A stretch of DNA of 63,902 bases from Eledone cirrhosa (lineage: Eukaryota). The DNA lies in assembly GCA_964016885.1 (NCBI GenBank), contig OZ024750.1, positions 30,690,099 through 30,754,000 of the forward strand, written 5' to 3'. The notes under the pieces were generated by a model. The model saw nothing but the letters and a program-made list of their open reading frames with translations. It was not told the DNA's origin and made no database searches. The position numbers were made by a program, and so were the translations under genes. Below, one piece after another: positions 33,076-44,849 of this stretch. Each line of letters starts with the position of its first letter. The stretch's first letter is position 1.

Positions 33076-33630
33076 CTGTTTCTACTTTTGGCACAAGGCC
33101 AGCAATTACCCAGTACATTACTGGTACTTTATTTTACCGTAAGGATGAAAGGCAAAGTTAACCTCGATGGGATTTGAATTCAGACCATAAAGGGCCGTAA
33201 CTCTTTGCTGCAAAGCATGGCGTCCGACCCTCTACCGATACTGCCATTTTATTTTTGTAATACTAGAAAATAAAAACATTTAAAAAAGTCTATTCAATAA
33301 AATTTTTTATCCACTCAAATTTATATAACGGAATTTTCGTTTTATGAGATCTTGCTCAAAGACAATAATTTTTGAGGGAGGGGAAATCGATAAATCGACT
33401 CCAGTGCGTTACTGTCGCTTTATTTTATCGACCCCGAAAGGTAAAAGGCACAGTTAACCTCGTCTACATTTGAACTGAGAACGTAAAGTGCCGGTTTAAA
33501 ATATGCTCTAGAAACGCCGTATGTCAAAGTCGATCTTGGCAGGATTTGAATTCAGAGAGCAGAGAGTCGGAATGAATACCGCAAAGCATTCTATCCGACG
33601 TACTAACGACTCTGTCATTTCGCAGCCTAA
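33076..33630 (-). mobile_element. Cluster of S1 SINE copies/fragments
   Basis: GGATGAAAGGCAAAGTTAACCTCG...GGATTTGAA core, three times. Confidence 0.78.
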
Positions 33631-34524
33631 TATTAGAAATTACTCCAGTACTAAATAGTAGCTGACCCTCTATAAACTCTCAAGTGTAATCATCATAATC
33701 AACATCTGTTTTCCCTGATAGTAAAGGCTAGAAATGTAGTCAAAAGACTGGTCAGGACTTGAACGGAATCTCAGACCTGTAGGTGGGCTGAGAGCCTGAT
33801 ATACAATTCTGTGCTCTATCAAGTGCATTTTATCATTCCAACAACATTATGGAAATTGTCATGTCTTAGATACAGACGAAGAAACCTCCCGACCTTTTGA
33901 CTGGAGGGGTTTTCTATGGCTAAATTCCCTATCACCAACCACTTTACAGAGTGTATTGAGTGGTTATCACGTGGGTCATCAACGCTAGGGAGGTTGTCAT
34001 ATCTATGACACACCTGAAAAGTCCTCTTGGCTCTTTGTTTGGCAAGCTTTCTACTTTTGGATGCCCTGTCTATCACAAATTACTTTTGAGTGGAACGATA
34101 ATTTTCCTAAACATACAAATATCCTTTACTTTGAATTTTTCAAGGATTGAAGAAAAAAATACTAGTGATACACTGTGTCAATAATATTGATTACCTCCCA
34201 TTTGTAGTATTTTATTTCTTGTTTAAAGGTTAATACAATATGATAAGAAGAGAAAACCGGATCTCACTTCTATTTGTAAAGATTAACTTATGTTTAGAAA
34301 GTGACTTGCGTCATATATTTTATGACTGTAACTTAAGTAGAAGTGACAGCTTTAATAGTGAAGAGAATTTTAGGCTTTGGAAAAATAAAATAGAAATCTA
34401 TGCGATTGATTGTCGGTGTATATATATATATAAATATATATTAGAAAGAGACGGTGCCCGACGGCTGAGATGTTGCCGTTTCGACTGGTAATACCAGAAT
34501 CCAAATACATTATATATATGTGTG

Positions 34525-34635
34525 ACTGAGTGGATAGAGAATTGAATTCGCAATCGTGAGATTGTGAGTTCGATTCTTGGACCGGGCGATGCGTTATGTC
34601 CTTGAGCAAGACACTTCATTTCACGTTGTTCCTTC
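34525..34635 (+). mobile_element. tRNA/CORE-like SINE fragment (family S2)
   Basis: GAGTTCGATTC...GTCCTTGAGCAAGACACTT. Confidence 0.65.
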
Positions 34636-35123
34636 TACCTGGAGTTGCGACCGATTAATAGTAATTGGAGAGACCAACGGAAATATTGTTTCCTCGGTCC
34701 GATTTGACGAAAGTCGATCGTTCCTATATATATATATATATTAGAAAGAGTCAAGACCCGACGGCTGGGGTCTTGTCGTTTCGACTGGTAATACCAAAAT
34801 CCAAACATTATATATATATATATAAACAGACTAAATAAAGATGGCGTAGAAAATACAATGCAACGGGAGAAAACAATAGCACCACTGACGATGTTGCAGA
34901 TGTGCAACGAAAGAACTTTGATAAACTATATATATGTGTTTGTGTCTATATTGTATCTGTATTATTTTTGACCGTTGGTCAGTCAATGGCAACATTAAGG
35001 ACCGAATAAATTAGATTACCGATATAAAAGACACAGAAGCGAAAAGCGAAAACCAACCAAACAGTGAGTGTGTTCTGTTATTAATTCTGGCAATATTACA
35101 CAAATATGGCCCTCCCCAAGTAT

Positions 35124-35161
<38 letters not shown>

Positions 35162-35353
35162 AATGTAAACTGAGTTTTTCGAATCTAAACTATAATAAAG
35201 GAAGGTCTGCGGGACTGCGTACGGCTTATTTTTTTTTATCCCGTTAGTAAAATAAATTGGATTACTTTGAATAAATAATTAATGAATTTTACATAATTTA
35301 TCTACTAAATTTCGTAAATAAAAATAATTTCGTAAAAATAAATAATTCAAAAT

Positions 35354-35460
35354 TGACGTCTTTTCAAAGTTGCACTTCCGGTATATCGTTGCCACCACCA
35401 CCACTTTAACTACCATATATATAAAGAAAGAGAGAGTGTGTGATGTCAACACTTCCGGTG
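35354..35460. promoter_or_regulatory. Probable Pol II promoter: CRE-like site and two ETS motifs
   Basis: TGACGTC at 35354; CACTTCCGGT at 35373 and 35450; candidate donor AAAG|GTAAAT at 35876 and acceptor TTTTACAG| at 36907. Confidence 0.5.
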
Positions 35461-35992
35461 GCGATCACTTAAATAAACATACTAATTTTCCGTCACTAAT
35501 TTTCTCCTAATGCGGTTTATATATAATATCATCTTTTTTTAATGTATCATGGATTACATTACTGATTACATAAGACAGTGTAACGCAGTCTTCGTTCAAT
35601 TTTTGTTTATAGTGTCAATTACGATTTTATTTGATGTATCATATCTACATGTATATATACTTGCGTATAATATCAATATACACACTACACATGCTAGCAG
35701 AAAACCACATGTATATATACACCACTAGTATTAATAATAATATTAGATTCATTTGCAATTATGGAAACAAGCTTCTTCCTACGGAGGGGTAAAGGAAAGG
35801 AGAGTGCTCTATGTATGCTACAGAACTATTTAATTAAGTAATAAACAACATAAGACGATTATTCCATCTACCAAAGGTAAATCTACGTATTCATTTTTTT
35901 TTTATTTGAATATGGCAAAGCCGGCCATTAATCGCTCGTATACAGGAAACCGACTCGCCAGTCTGCTGATATGCAAATACTTTTAAAGTAAA

Positions 35993-36181
35993 GAGCGGTG
36001 GATTGGCAGTATCGGTAGAGGGTCGGACGCCGTGCTTTGCAGCAAAGAATTACGGCCGTTATGGTCTAAGTTCAAATCCCGCCGAGGTTAACTTTGCCTT
36101 TCATCCTTACGGGGTCGATAAAATAAAGCATCAGTAATACACTGTGATAATTGCTGGCCTTGTGCCAAAAGTAGAAACAAT
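35993..36181 (+). mobile_element. S1 SINE, near full length
   Basis: A-box-like TGGCAGTATCGGTAG, B box GTTCAAATCC, 3' GGCCTTGTGCCAAAAGTAGAAAC. Confidence 0.85.
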
Positions 36182-36693
36182 TATTACTTTCAAAGTCATG
36201 AATGATACAAAATCAAACATATGTCTTGTCTCGAAAGTAATAATAATGTCTGCTCCTTATTTGGTGAGCTGTTTATGTCGAGAGGTTGGACTGCTATTTC
36301 TAGTGGACGAGAACCCTTCATGTCGTTGCGGGTGCTAAAATTCATGAATTGATACCATGTGCGTTTAGTCACTTTTTTTTTAACTTCAGAAATACATTCA
36401 TAATGTTACGAAGGAGATTGTGAAGTCAATCATCAGCTACAAATGGTATCATTTGAATTCGAAACACTGCTTTTTATTCCGTTCAGGTATGGATAAATAC
36501 CAACGACAAGCAATTGACTTGTAGTTAGAGACTGATTCCTGATTTGTAGAATAAACCTTAAAGAAATCCGAGAACAATATGAAATCAGATTGACTAAAGT
36601 ATTGAATTGAAATTGGTAATTTTCTTCGAAAAGAATTCTTCTAAACATTTTAACAGTGTAATTTGGTAATAATTAACATTTCATTTTCATTTT

Positions 36694-36880
36694 ACAGCGC
36701 TTTAGCATCGCCATCATCCGTGGTAATGCTGCGAGCGTGTTGGCTTGCCTCAAAGTGTTTAGTTAACCCCCAAGGTATGAGGTGCGGCCGATTGTCGCAC
36801 TTAGTCGTGAATTACCCCCCCCCCCCCCTCTTTTCCTTTATTATTTAATGAGTTATATAAATTTTATTTTCATAATAAAA
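36694..36880 (+). mobile_element. 3' fragment of a CRE-clade non-LTR element
   Basis: Encodes QRFSIAIIRGNAASVL, the C-terminal signature of CRE-like elements, then stop and AT-rich UTR. Confidence 0.6.
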
Positions 36881-37050
36881 TATTTGTACATGTTTGTTAT
36901 TTTACAGATAAATAAAATGATTAAAAAATCAGTGTCAAAAAAATCAACTTGTACCTGAAAGACAAACCATCTACATGGGTACCAGATTCGCTGTCTTAGA
37001 AAAATAAATCATACCACAAATGCGCCTTCACAAGTAAATCGACACAAAAC

Positions 37051-38457
37051 ATGAATCTCTATAAAAACACAAGAAAACAGTCAATTCATTGCGATAATCA
37101 CTCAAAAGGTTTGATATATCCAAATGTAAGTAATTTTCCTTTTGTTAATACTGGAAGTAACAATGCATCAATCTCCTTAAACGACAGTAAACGAAGGTTG
37201 ATGGCTTCCAGTATTAATAGCCGCAGATCAAATCAAAATATTGATAAGTCATACAATATTTGCAATAAGAATCACCAGAAAAATTATAATAATTTACAGT
37301 TTGCTATAAACGATAATTGTGCAGCTGAAGTTAGTTCTAGACGAAAGTTAACAAAAATGTGTTCAGATAATAATAAACATTCTAGTTATATGAATAATAC
37401 GAAAGAAGTTTCTTTTATTTCATTAAGTCAAATAGATGGAAAATATTGTAAACAACCTTGGTATGTACCTAACTTTGATTATTGTCTATCAAAAACCTCT
37501 GAGTGTTCTATAATGGATATTCAACGTGCGACAAATCTGTCTAAACAGCATGGCAGTTTAAGAAACATAAAAAGACAAACGATTCCTTCGAATAACAAAA
37601 TAGAAGCAACAGCAGATGTTTGTAACTTTAGAAAAATCATTGGTAGCCCCGAACACTGTTTGCAAACTGAATCAACGAACTTACAGAATTACCCAGGGCT
37701 GTCTGTCCAAAACGATATTTTAAAAGCGAACAATGCTTCTGCCAATCACAACAGCAAAACAAAGGAAGAAATAAAGAAGGAATCCTTGAACACGACATTA
37801 GAAATATTTACTAATGACTCTTCTGCTGTCACAAATGATTCAAATAACAAAAGAATGATATTGAAAAGCACTACAAAATATGCTCAAAAACATAGCTTTC
37901 GGGGAATAAAAACGAAGGATAATCTTAATCAAAATAAAGTAATTTTGACGAAAATGGAAAAGAATGATTTAAATGAAACGGTGAATGCAAGGAATATAAT
38001 ACAACACAAAAATAATCAAATTTCAGCCTTCCAGCTTGTTACGGCGGGAAAGAATGGGAGAAGGCACCAAAGAAAGACATTAGAAGATGAAACAGTAACT
38101 TCTAACTATGTTACCAGAGGATATTTAAAACCAGACAAAAAACAAAATTTGCCTGCGTTAACAGGTTTAAAGCTACCTTTACAAATATCTAACAAATATC
38201 TTATTCCTTGCCATTGGAAATATCTCAAGAACCATTCACATCAAGCTACACAAAGACAGACAAGCGGAAGTGTGTGTTTTAACACATGCCCTGCACTTCT
38301 GACCTTAAGAAACGTTGTCCGCCACGATGTAACATCCAGACAGTCAGCTGCTAAAGAAATCAATGAGGACAGAATCCATAAGTGGTTGGAAGACTGTTGT
38401 AAATTAGTTGCCGATACTAACTTTTCCAATATATCAGTATCTTCATTTTTAACGTAA
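37051..38457 (+). CDS. Uncharacterised N/K/S-rich host protein, 468 aa, single coding exon
   Basis: 1.4-kb ATG-to-stop ORF in non-repetitive AT-rich DNA; upstream splice and promoter signals; no domain recognised. Confidence 0.6.
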   Translation: MNLYKNTRKQSIHCDNHSKGLIYPNVSNFPFVNTGSNNASISLNDSKRRLMASSINSRRSNQNIDKSYNICNKNHQKNYNNLQFAINDNCAAEVSSRRKLTKMCSDNNKHSSYMNNTKEVSFISLSQIDGKYCKQPWYVPNFDYCLSKTSECSIMDIQRATNLSKQHGSLRNIKRQTIPSNNKIEATADVCNFRKIIGSPEHCLQTESTNLQNYPGLSVQNDILKANNASANHNSKTKEEIKKESLNTTLEIFTNDSSAVTNDSNNKRMILKSTTKYAQKHSFRGIKTKDNLNQNKVILTKMEKNDLNETVNARNIIQHKNNQISAFQLVTAGKNGRRHQRKTLEDETVTSNYVTRGYLKPDKKQNLPALTGLKLPLQISNKYLIPCHWKYLKNHSHQATQRQTSGSVCFNTCPALLTLRNVVRHDVTSRQSAAKEINEDRIHKWLEDCCKLVADTNFSNISVSSFLT

Positions 38458-39797
38458 CGGCATATGGCCTAATGGTTGTAGGTTCGATTCTTGGACCGGG
38501 TTGTGTGTTGTGTTCTTGAACATCAAGGCCTACAATCGCTGAAAGGCACCCTCCCACAGAAACAGGGCAGCATCACTACTCTTGTAAGGCCACTCTCCAA
38601 ACTGAGAAAGATGCATCTGTACATTGCACCGCTCTGGCCCCTTGTGAAAAGGATTTCCAACTTTATACAAGCCTGAGTTCTCCACTTCTCAAACATGATT
38701 ATTTTTTGAGTAGTATTCCCGTGGATAAATACTTCCCCTTCACTTTCCATTTTACATCCAGCGTCACACTGCCCACACATGATAAATCTCCTCCAATTCT
38801 ATCCCCTTCCACTCAACCTGCATACACATACCCTGAGTGCGAAAGTACCCCTGGTCTCTTCAAACCAAAACATGTGTCAGCCGTGGCAATATTCCTTCCA
38901 TCACACAGACAATATGTTACAGAGCAAGCCCCCCATATTTACCTAACCTTATGTAAGAAACTTTTCTTCGGTTATGTTGTAGATAACACCTTAATAATGC
39001 ATATATTAGTTATATTGCTAAACCCCTCCGAATTCATTATTTGCAAGAAATACTTGAAACATATTTGTTATATTTCATTAGAAATATGGTAATCAAAGGA
39101 TTAAAGGCATAAGTAAATACATAATAGTTGTTCTAGTGTTTTATGTATGTGTCATATCTATATGACGTACTTTAACAATTGGTGTGAGAAATTTTGTAAG
39201 TAGATCTGAATAAATTACCATAGTAGATGTATTCGAATATAGTCTACACTCATAATTATGGACTAAGAAATCTTGGAAAATTATACCCGTATATTAAACG
39301 TACTAGGGTTTGATGTTGAAGTAATTGCAGTTTTTTTGTTTGTTTCATATATATATATATATCACAATGCCCCAAATAGCTTAAGCACAAAGCTAGTTCT
39401 TGTGTATAACGTTCAGCCTTAATTTTAAGGTTTAAAAACCTGAAATAAAAGTATGCATTATACACGACTAAATACGGTAATATATAAACTTACGGAAAAA
39501 ATAATGAAATGGTATCTATTAAATTTGTTATTTTTTTTCCAATATGTTTGTAAAGTTTGTCCACTACTTACTATCGTTTTTCCTGCATTTTAATTAAAGT
39601 TAGTTGACAACTTTGTTCGTTGTTCGGAACTTCTGATGGTTGTGAGGGGAGGGGTCCCATAATCGCCTGCATCGTCAGAATATTTAGTGGTGCCATTCGA
39701 AGTCTTTGTCTTCAAACGACATTCATGGGAGGAAGATTTGAGTTTTGCTTGGCAAGTTAGCGTCAAATGTATTAACTATACAATACTCAGTGATGTA

Positions 39798-40291
39798 CAG
39801 TAATCCCCTGCTATATCGCTGTTCACTTTTCGCGGTCCCGCTACATCGCGAATTTTTCTTTGGAAAGTATCTAATTTCCTATCGCGGTAATCCTCGTAAT
39901 ATCGCGAATTTTTCGTTAGAACATATCTATTTTCTTATCGCGGTACCTACGTCTGAATAAAAAATGTTTAAAATTCAAACTTATTAAATAAGTTTCAATG
40001 TGAACTACAAACCCTTCGTAAATTGACGGGGGATCTGCAGAGTATTACGAAGTGGCTAACATGGCTGGTAATGGTTGTCATTAGGTACTAGTGTTATGAT
40101 CGTTGGTGGTATTTTCTATACGATCGCTACTGTCTGTTTTTGGTTTTTAAATGTACTTAAAGCGTGTAGGAGAGGTATTTTAAGGCTTAAACTATGAAAA
40201 CGGTTGTCTTTATGGTCTCTTGATATCGCGAATTTTCATTTATCGCGGTTGGCTCTGGAACGTATACTCCGCGATAAACGGGGGATTACTG
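39798..40291. mobile_element. Tc1/mariner (pogo/Tigger-like) MITE
   Basis: TIRs CAGTAATCCCC...GGGGATTACTG flanked by TA on both sides. Confidence 0.9.
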
Positions 40292-40375
40292 TATACTCTT
40301 AGCTAGTTGGACCAGACCTTAATTTTAGTTATGTCACGGCTGCATGGACACAGTGTAGCAAAATATGTTAAATAA

Positions 40376-40520
40376 TTGTTTCTACTTTTGGCACAAGACC
40401 AGCAATTATCCCTTGCATTACTGGTTCTTTATTTTATCGACCCTGTAAGGATGAAAGGCAAAGTTAACCTCGGCGGGATTTGAACACAGAATGACAAGGG
40501 CCGTAACTCTTTGCTGCAAT
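40376..40520 (-). mobile_element. S1 SINE, 5'-truncated
   Basis: S1 core and tail. Confidence 0.8.
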
Positions 40521-40724
40521 CATTCTCAATTATGTTTTAATTTGTTTCTAAATAAATGTAGACGTTTCCTTCATCTTTCATTTCAAATGTGATCTATATT
40601 CTTTTGATTAAAAAAATACTTTTTAGTAGACATTAAAAACAAAAATTGTTTGTATATAACCACTGCATCAAAAGGTAGTTGTATTTAGAGATTATTGGTT
40701 TAGTTGTTGGTGATTGTATGGAGT

Positions 40725-41050
40725 GAAGGAATGTGATTTAGTAATTAGTGTGTTTAAGCTCACGATTGTAAGATTGTGGGTTCGATTCCCGGCGGGGCGC
40801 TGTGTTCTTGAGCAAGACACTTTATTTCACGTTGCTTCAGTCCACTCAATCAGCGGCAAAAATGAATTGTACCTGTAATTCGAAGGGGCCAGCCTTGTCA
40901 CATTCTATACCACACTGAATCTTCCTGAGAAATACGTTAAAGGTACACGTGTTTGTGGAATGCTCTTCCACTTGCACGTCAATTTCACGAGCAGGCTGTT
41001 CCGTTGACCGTGTCAACAGAAATACTCGTCGTCACCGACGGAGTGACCCT
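40725..41050 (+). mobile_element. S2 SINE, near full length
   Basis: GGTTCGATTCC B box, TTGAGCAAGACACTTTATTTCACG core; related reverse copy at ~42975-43272. Confidence 0.8.
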
Positions 41051-41397
41051 GTAGATTGTATGTAGCAGAGTTCGATATGGTAGACAATAAAATTAAACTG
41101 AAAAACATTCGATTTATCGCCAATTTACGAATGATTAATTTGTGACTTTTTTTCTTCTTCATTAGTACATCTTTAAGTTTTATGGAAAAAAATAATTTAG
41201 AGGAATAGAAAACGTTTATAGGAAAGATTGATCTGCAAATATTTGTGCATGTTCGAATTGAATAAGTCACGAGCTGTACTGTGTTGCCTCTACAATTAAT
41301 TTATTGAATTAAAACAACATTATAAATTGCTCGCATTTCGTTCAGAAGAACATTACAAATATAATGTCGTTGGTAACTACAAATATCTCTCTCTCTC

Positions 41398-42540
41398 TCT
41401 ATATATATATAAAACATAGGATGTCTGTCTGTGTAAATCCCTAAAACTCGAGAAGTACCCAACTGATTCTTTTCAAACTTTACACATGCATTACTTATAT
41501 TTCTTGAAGTGCAATGGGCTAAATAATTTTAACTTTTTCTGCCCTATTAGGCGAAAACCGCATTTTAAAGGGATTTTTAGGCTTCTTTGAGGCGTAACTT
41601 AAAGATAATCAAGCCAATTTCCTCGAAATTTGCAGCACACATTAGTTCATCCCCTCGCATTGCTGTGGACAAAAAACATTCTGATTCCATTAATAGTTTC
41701 TAGGAAATTTACGAATTAGCATTGGGCATTACATGCCATTTTCATTTTCAATATAAACGCTACTTAAACTTCGTAAGTAGCGTATCATATTTCGTTAAAA
41801 ATTTGGTTTATTTAACAGAGGATACAACACTTACTTACTTTTAAGCAAGACCATTTTCAGAGGATTGAGGAAACGAGGAAGACCTTAAAACTTTTGTCGG
41901 CGCCCTGTTGACGCTTCGTACTTTCATCACGCGAAAATCCGGGCCCTGTGTACGTTGCCGTGTTATTGACACCGTAAAACTCACGTCTGTGCTACTTCTA
42001 CTAAGACCCCTTTTGTTGCACCTACACCGCAATATGAACGCCCTGCACAAGTACGCCGAACAGTGGTTGTGCTAATTCCGCGGTGACCCCTTTTGTCGCA
42101 CCTTTGTTGCTGTGTAAACGCAGTGCAACCAGTGTCGCCCAGCGTTTGTGCTAATTGCACTATGACCCCCTTCTGCTGCAGCTGCGTTGCCACGCTGATT
42201 TCGTCATCTCAATATCCCTACTTGGTTTTTACACAATTGACTACGTCGCTCCTTCAGACTGATGTGTGTTACCCATCCGGGACGTAATTCGCGAACAGAC
42301 TTACGACATACATCGCCCCACAACACTTACTCCTTTCGCATACAGGATTTCCGCAATCAGCCCACTGACACTGCTACTACTGGATTCAGCCTGATGGTGT
42401 TCTACGTTTCCAGTAGATGAACAATCATTCCCTGAGAATAAGGGAATTCAAAAAGTACACAGCTACCTTCTTCAATCTTTGCATATGCGTGTTGCTATTT
42501 CACGTTTCCTACCCCGTGCAACGCCGTGTCCTGCTGCTAG
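41398..42540 (+). mobile_element. Non-autonomous Helitron
   Basis: 5' TC(TATA...)AAAA start; 3' CCCGTGCAACGCCGTG hairpin remnant then CTAG followed by T. Confidence 0.75.
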
Positions 42541-42974
42541 TAAACGCATAAAAGAGAGAAAAATGGGGGAAGGCAGAAACAAAAACGACCATCAATTCAC
42601 CATCAAGTGCGACAATTGGTCGCACATCACGTCATAAGGATAACTAAACACTTTGAGGCTAGCCAATATGCTCGCAGCGTTGCCACGGGTGATGGCGAGG
42701 CTAAGGCACTGGAACAACCAGGCACACACATTTGAGCTTTTTCTTTGACCGTTTCTATGTAATCTCAGTATTTTGTATATGTATTTGTAATCGTTGGCGT
42801 CTACAATGTTTTGCTGATAAACATAATGTCATGAGCATAAATACCCCATGTAACTTTGACATCAAACGTTGCTTTACTAGGCTTACCTAAAGAACGTGTG
42901 AAAACTTGTATATAAGAGATACTACTACAAATGATCAGCTCCAATACTTTCTATACCCAAGTGTGTGTTGGACC

Positions 42975-43590
42975 TCTGTTGGTTACGACGAAGAGTGTTC
43001 CATTAGATTCGATCAAAGCTCGTGAAGTTAACGCTCAGGTAGCTAAGCATTCCATAGGCACGTGTATCCTTAACGTAGTTGACAGATTCTACAGGACGCA
43101 GTGTGTGACATGGCTGGTCCCTTTGAATTACAGCTACAACTCATTTTTGTCAGCTGACTGAGCTGGAACAACGTGAAATAAAGTGTCTTGCTCAAGGATA
43201 CAATGCACTATCAATTGAATCCACAACCTTACAATCGTGAGCTAAACACTAATTATTAAATCACATGCCTTCATATTTATGGAAATAATTTCTCTTGAAT
43301 TATTTTACGAACGTCCTTGTCTAAAGTCTGTGATGAGCCCCTGAGGCGCACCAGTCTGGTATTTATCCCAGTTTCCCTGGCGTGGAGCGACTACGAGTAC
43401 AAAACTTCCCCTTAGACATGACGCTGCTCCATTGCAGGTTAAACACCCAGCTATTGCTGGAGCAATGTGAAATGAAGTGATTTGCTCAAGAACACAACAC
43501 AACACAGCACACAACCCAGTCCAGGAATCAAACCCACGACATTAAGATCGTAAATCCAACACACTTACCACTACTCCACGCGCCTCCTTG
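42975..43590 (-). mobile_element. Two adjacent CORE-like SINEs
   Basis: GTGAAATAAAGTGTCTTGCTCAAGG and GTGAAATGAAGTGATTTGCTCAAGA cores. Confidence 0.7.
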
Positions 43591-44002
43591 AATAAAACAT
43601 AGATGGTATACTTTTCTCTTTTCCTTAGATATGGCAGCTTTGCTCTAAGACAAAAATAAACTAAAACACAGACAATATCCGTCTTAGGTTATGTAAATCA
43701 GGGGTGAACTGAACTGAACTGAACAGTATAAATCCTTTCTTCTGTTTAATCACTTATAATAATTTCCAATATGTATTTATATATTTCATGTAACTCAGCA
43801 TGGGACAATCAAACTATAACTAGAGAATGGGTGAGTGACAGTGGCTGGGTTAAAATATAAGTATATCTATTATTCTGTCTATCTGTTTATCTGTAGCTAA
43901 GTCTATTAGTAATATTGTTTAAACACTGCTTCTTTCCCCTTCCCTCCATCTATCTCCCTCTCTTTCTTTCTCTACCTCTCTCTCTCTCTCTATCTCTCCC
44001 AT

Positions 44003-44036
<34 letters not shown>

Positions 44037-44849
44037 CACAGTTCAAGAGTAACCAATCTTAAAGAGAGAGATGGAGATAGTAGAGGAGATATGAGAGGAG
44101 AGATTGGTGAGTTAGTGAGTAATATTATTATTATTATTAATATTATTATTATTATTCTCTACATTCCTTATATCAAACTAAAATATGTTGACAATCTTTT
44201 AATAATGTCTTCCTTGTGAAGTTTGTGGTCTTGTTTTGCTTAACTAATGCATATATATATATATATATATGTATACACACACACATATATATATAATAAG
44301 TTGACAGAACTAGCATAGGTATCACTGCTCGAACCGGTTGTATCTCAGCGTACTCAATAGGTAGTGTAAAATACACACACAGAGTATACACATAGTTATT
44401 CGCTTCAATAGAACACACGTAAATTGGTACCTTCAATTCTTCCCGAACTCGAGTTTTGGCCACACTTAATGCAGCAGTAGGGTGCACTTCACCCTCTGTC
44501 CGCATATATTATGCAACAATGCATAATTGGCGCATGTGGCTTCATCAACGGGTTTCGCCTAATCAATAACCAATCGATCAACAGAATTCGACTTCAGTCT
44601 GTGCCGGCTATGACTGATGATTATTTTACAAACACCAACTCAATAATGAGAAAGTTGGTTATATTACTAAATCATTTCAAATTATTGATTAATTTAAAAA
44701 TTATTTGAAAATCATAAACAATGTCTTTCATAAGGAATATAGTAATGAAAGGGCTGAACAAAAAATGACACTTTGAATAATGCAGCCCTAGATAAATAGG
44801 ATAGGATGGTTATAACTGGAATGTCTTTTATGATAGGTCTGTGCTAAAC

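Noticed and set aside
34892-35127. Possible solo LTR (TGTTG...TAACA)
   Set aside because: No matching target-site duplication and no second copy
35993-36085. tRNA-like A/B boxes
   Set aside because: SINE heads, not cloverleaf tRNA genes
39595-39780. Coding-looking stretch on the minus strand, possible terminal exon
   Set aside because: Short, ambiguous frame and splice site, no supporting exons
44612-44640. CTGATGA possible hammerhead core
   Set aside because: No downstream GAAA or stems
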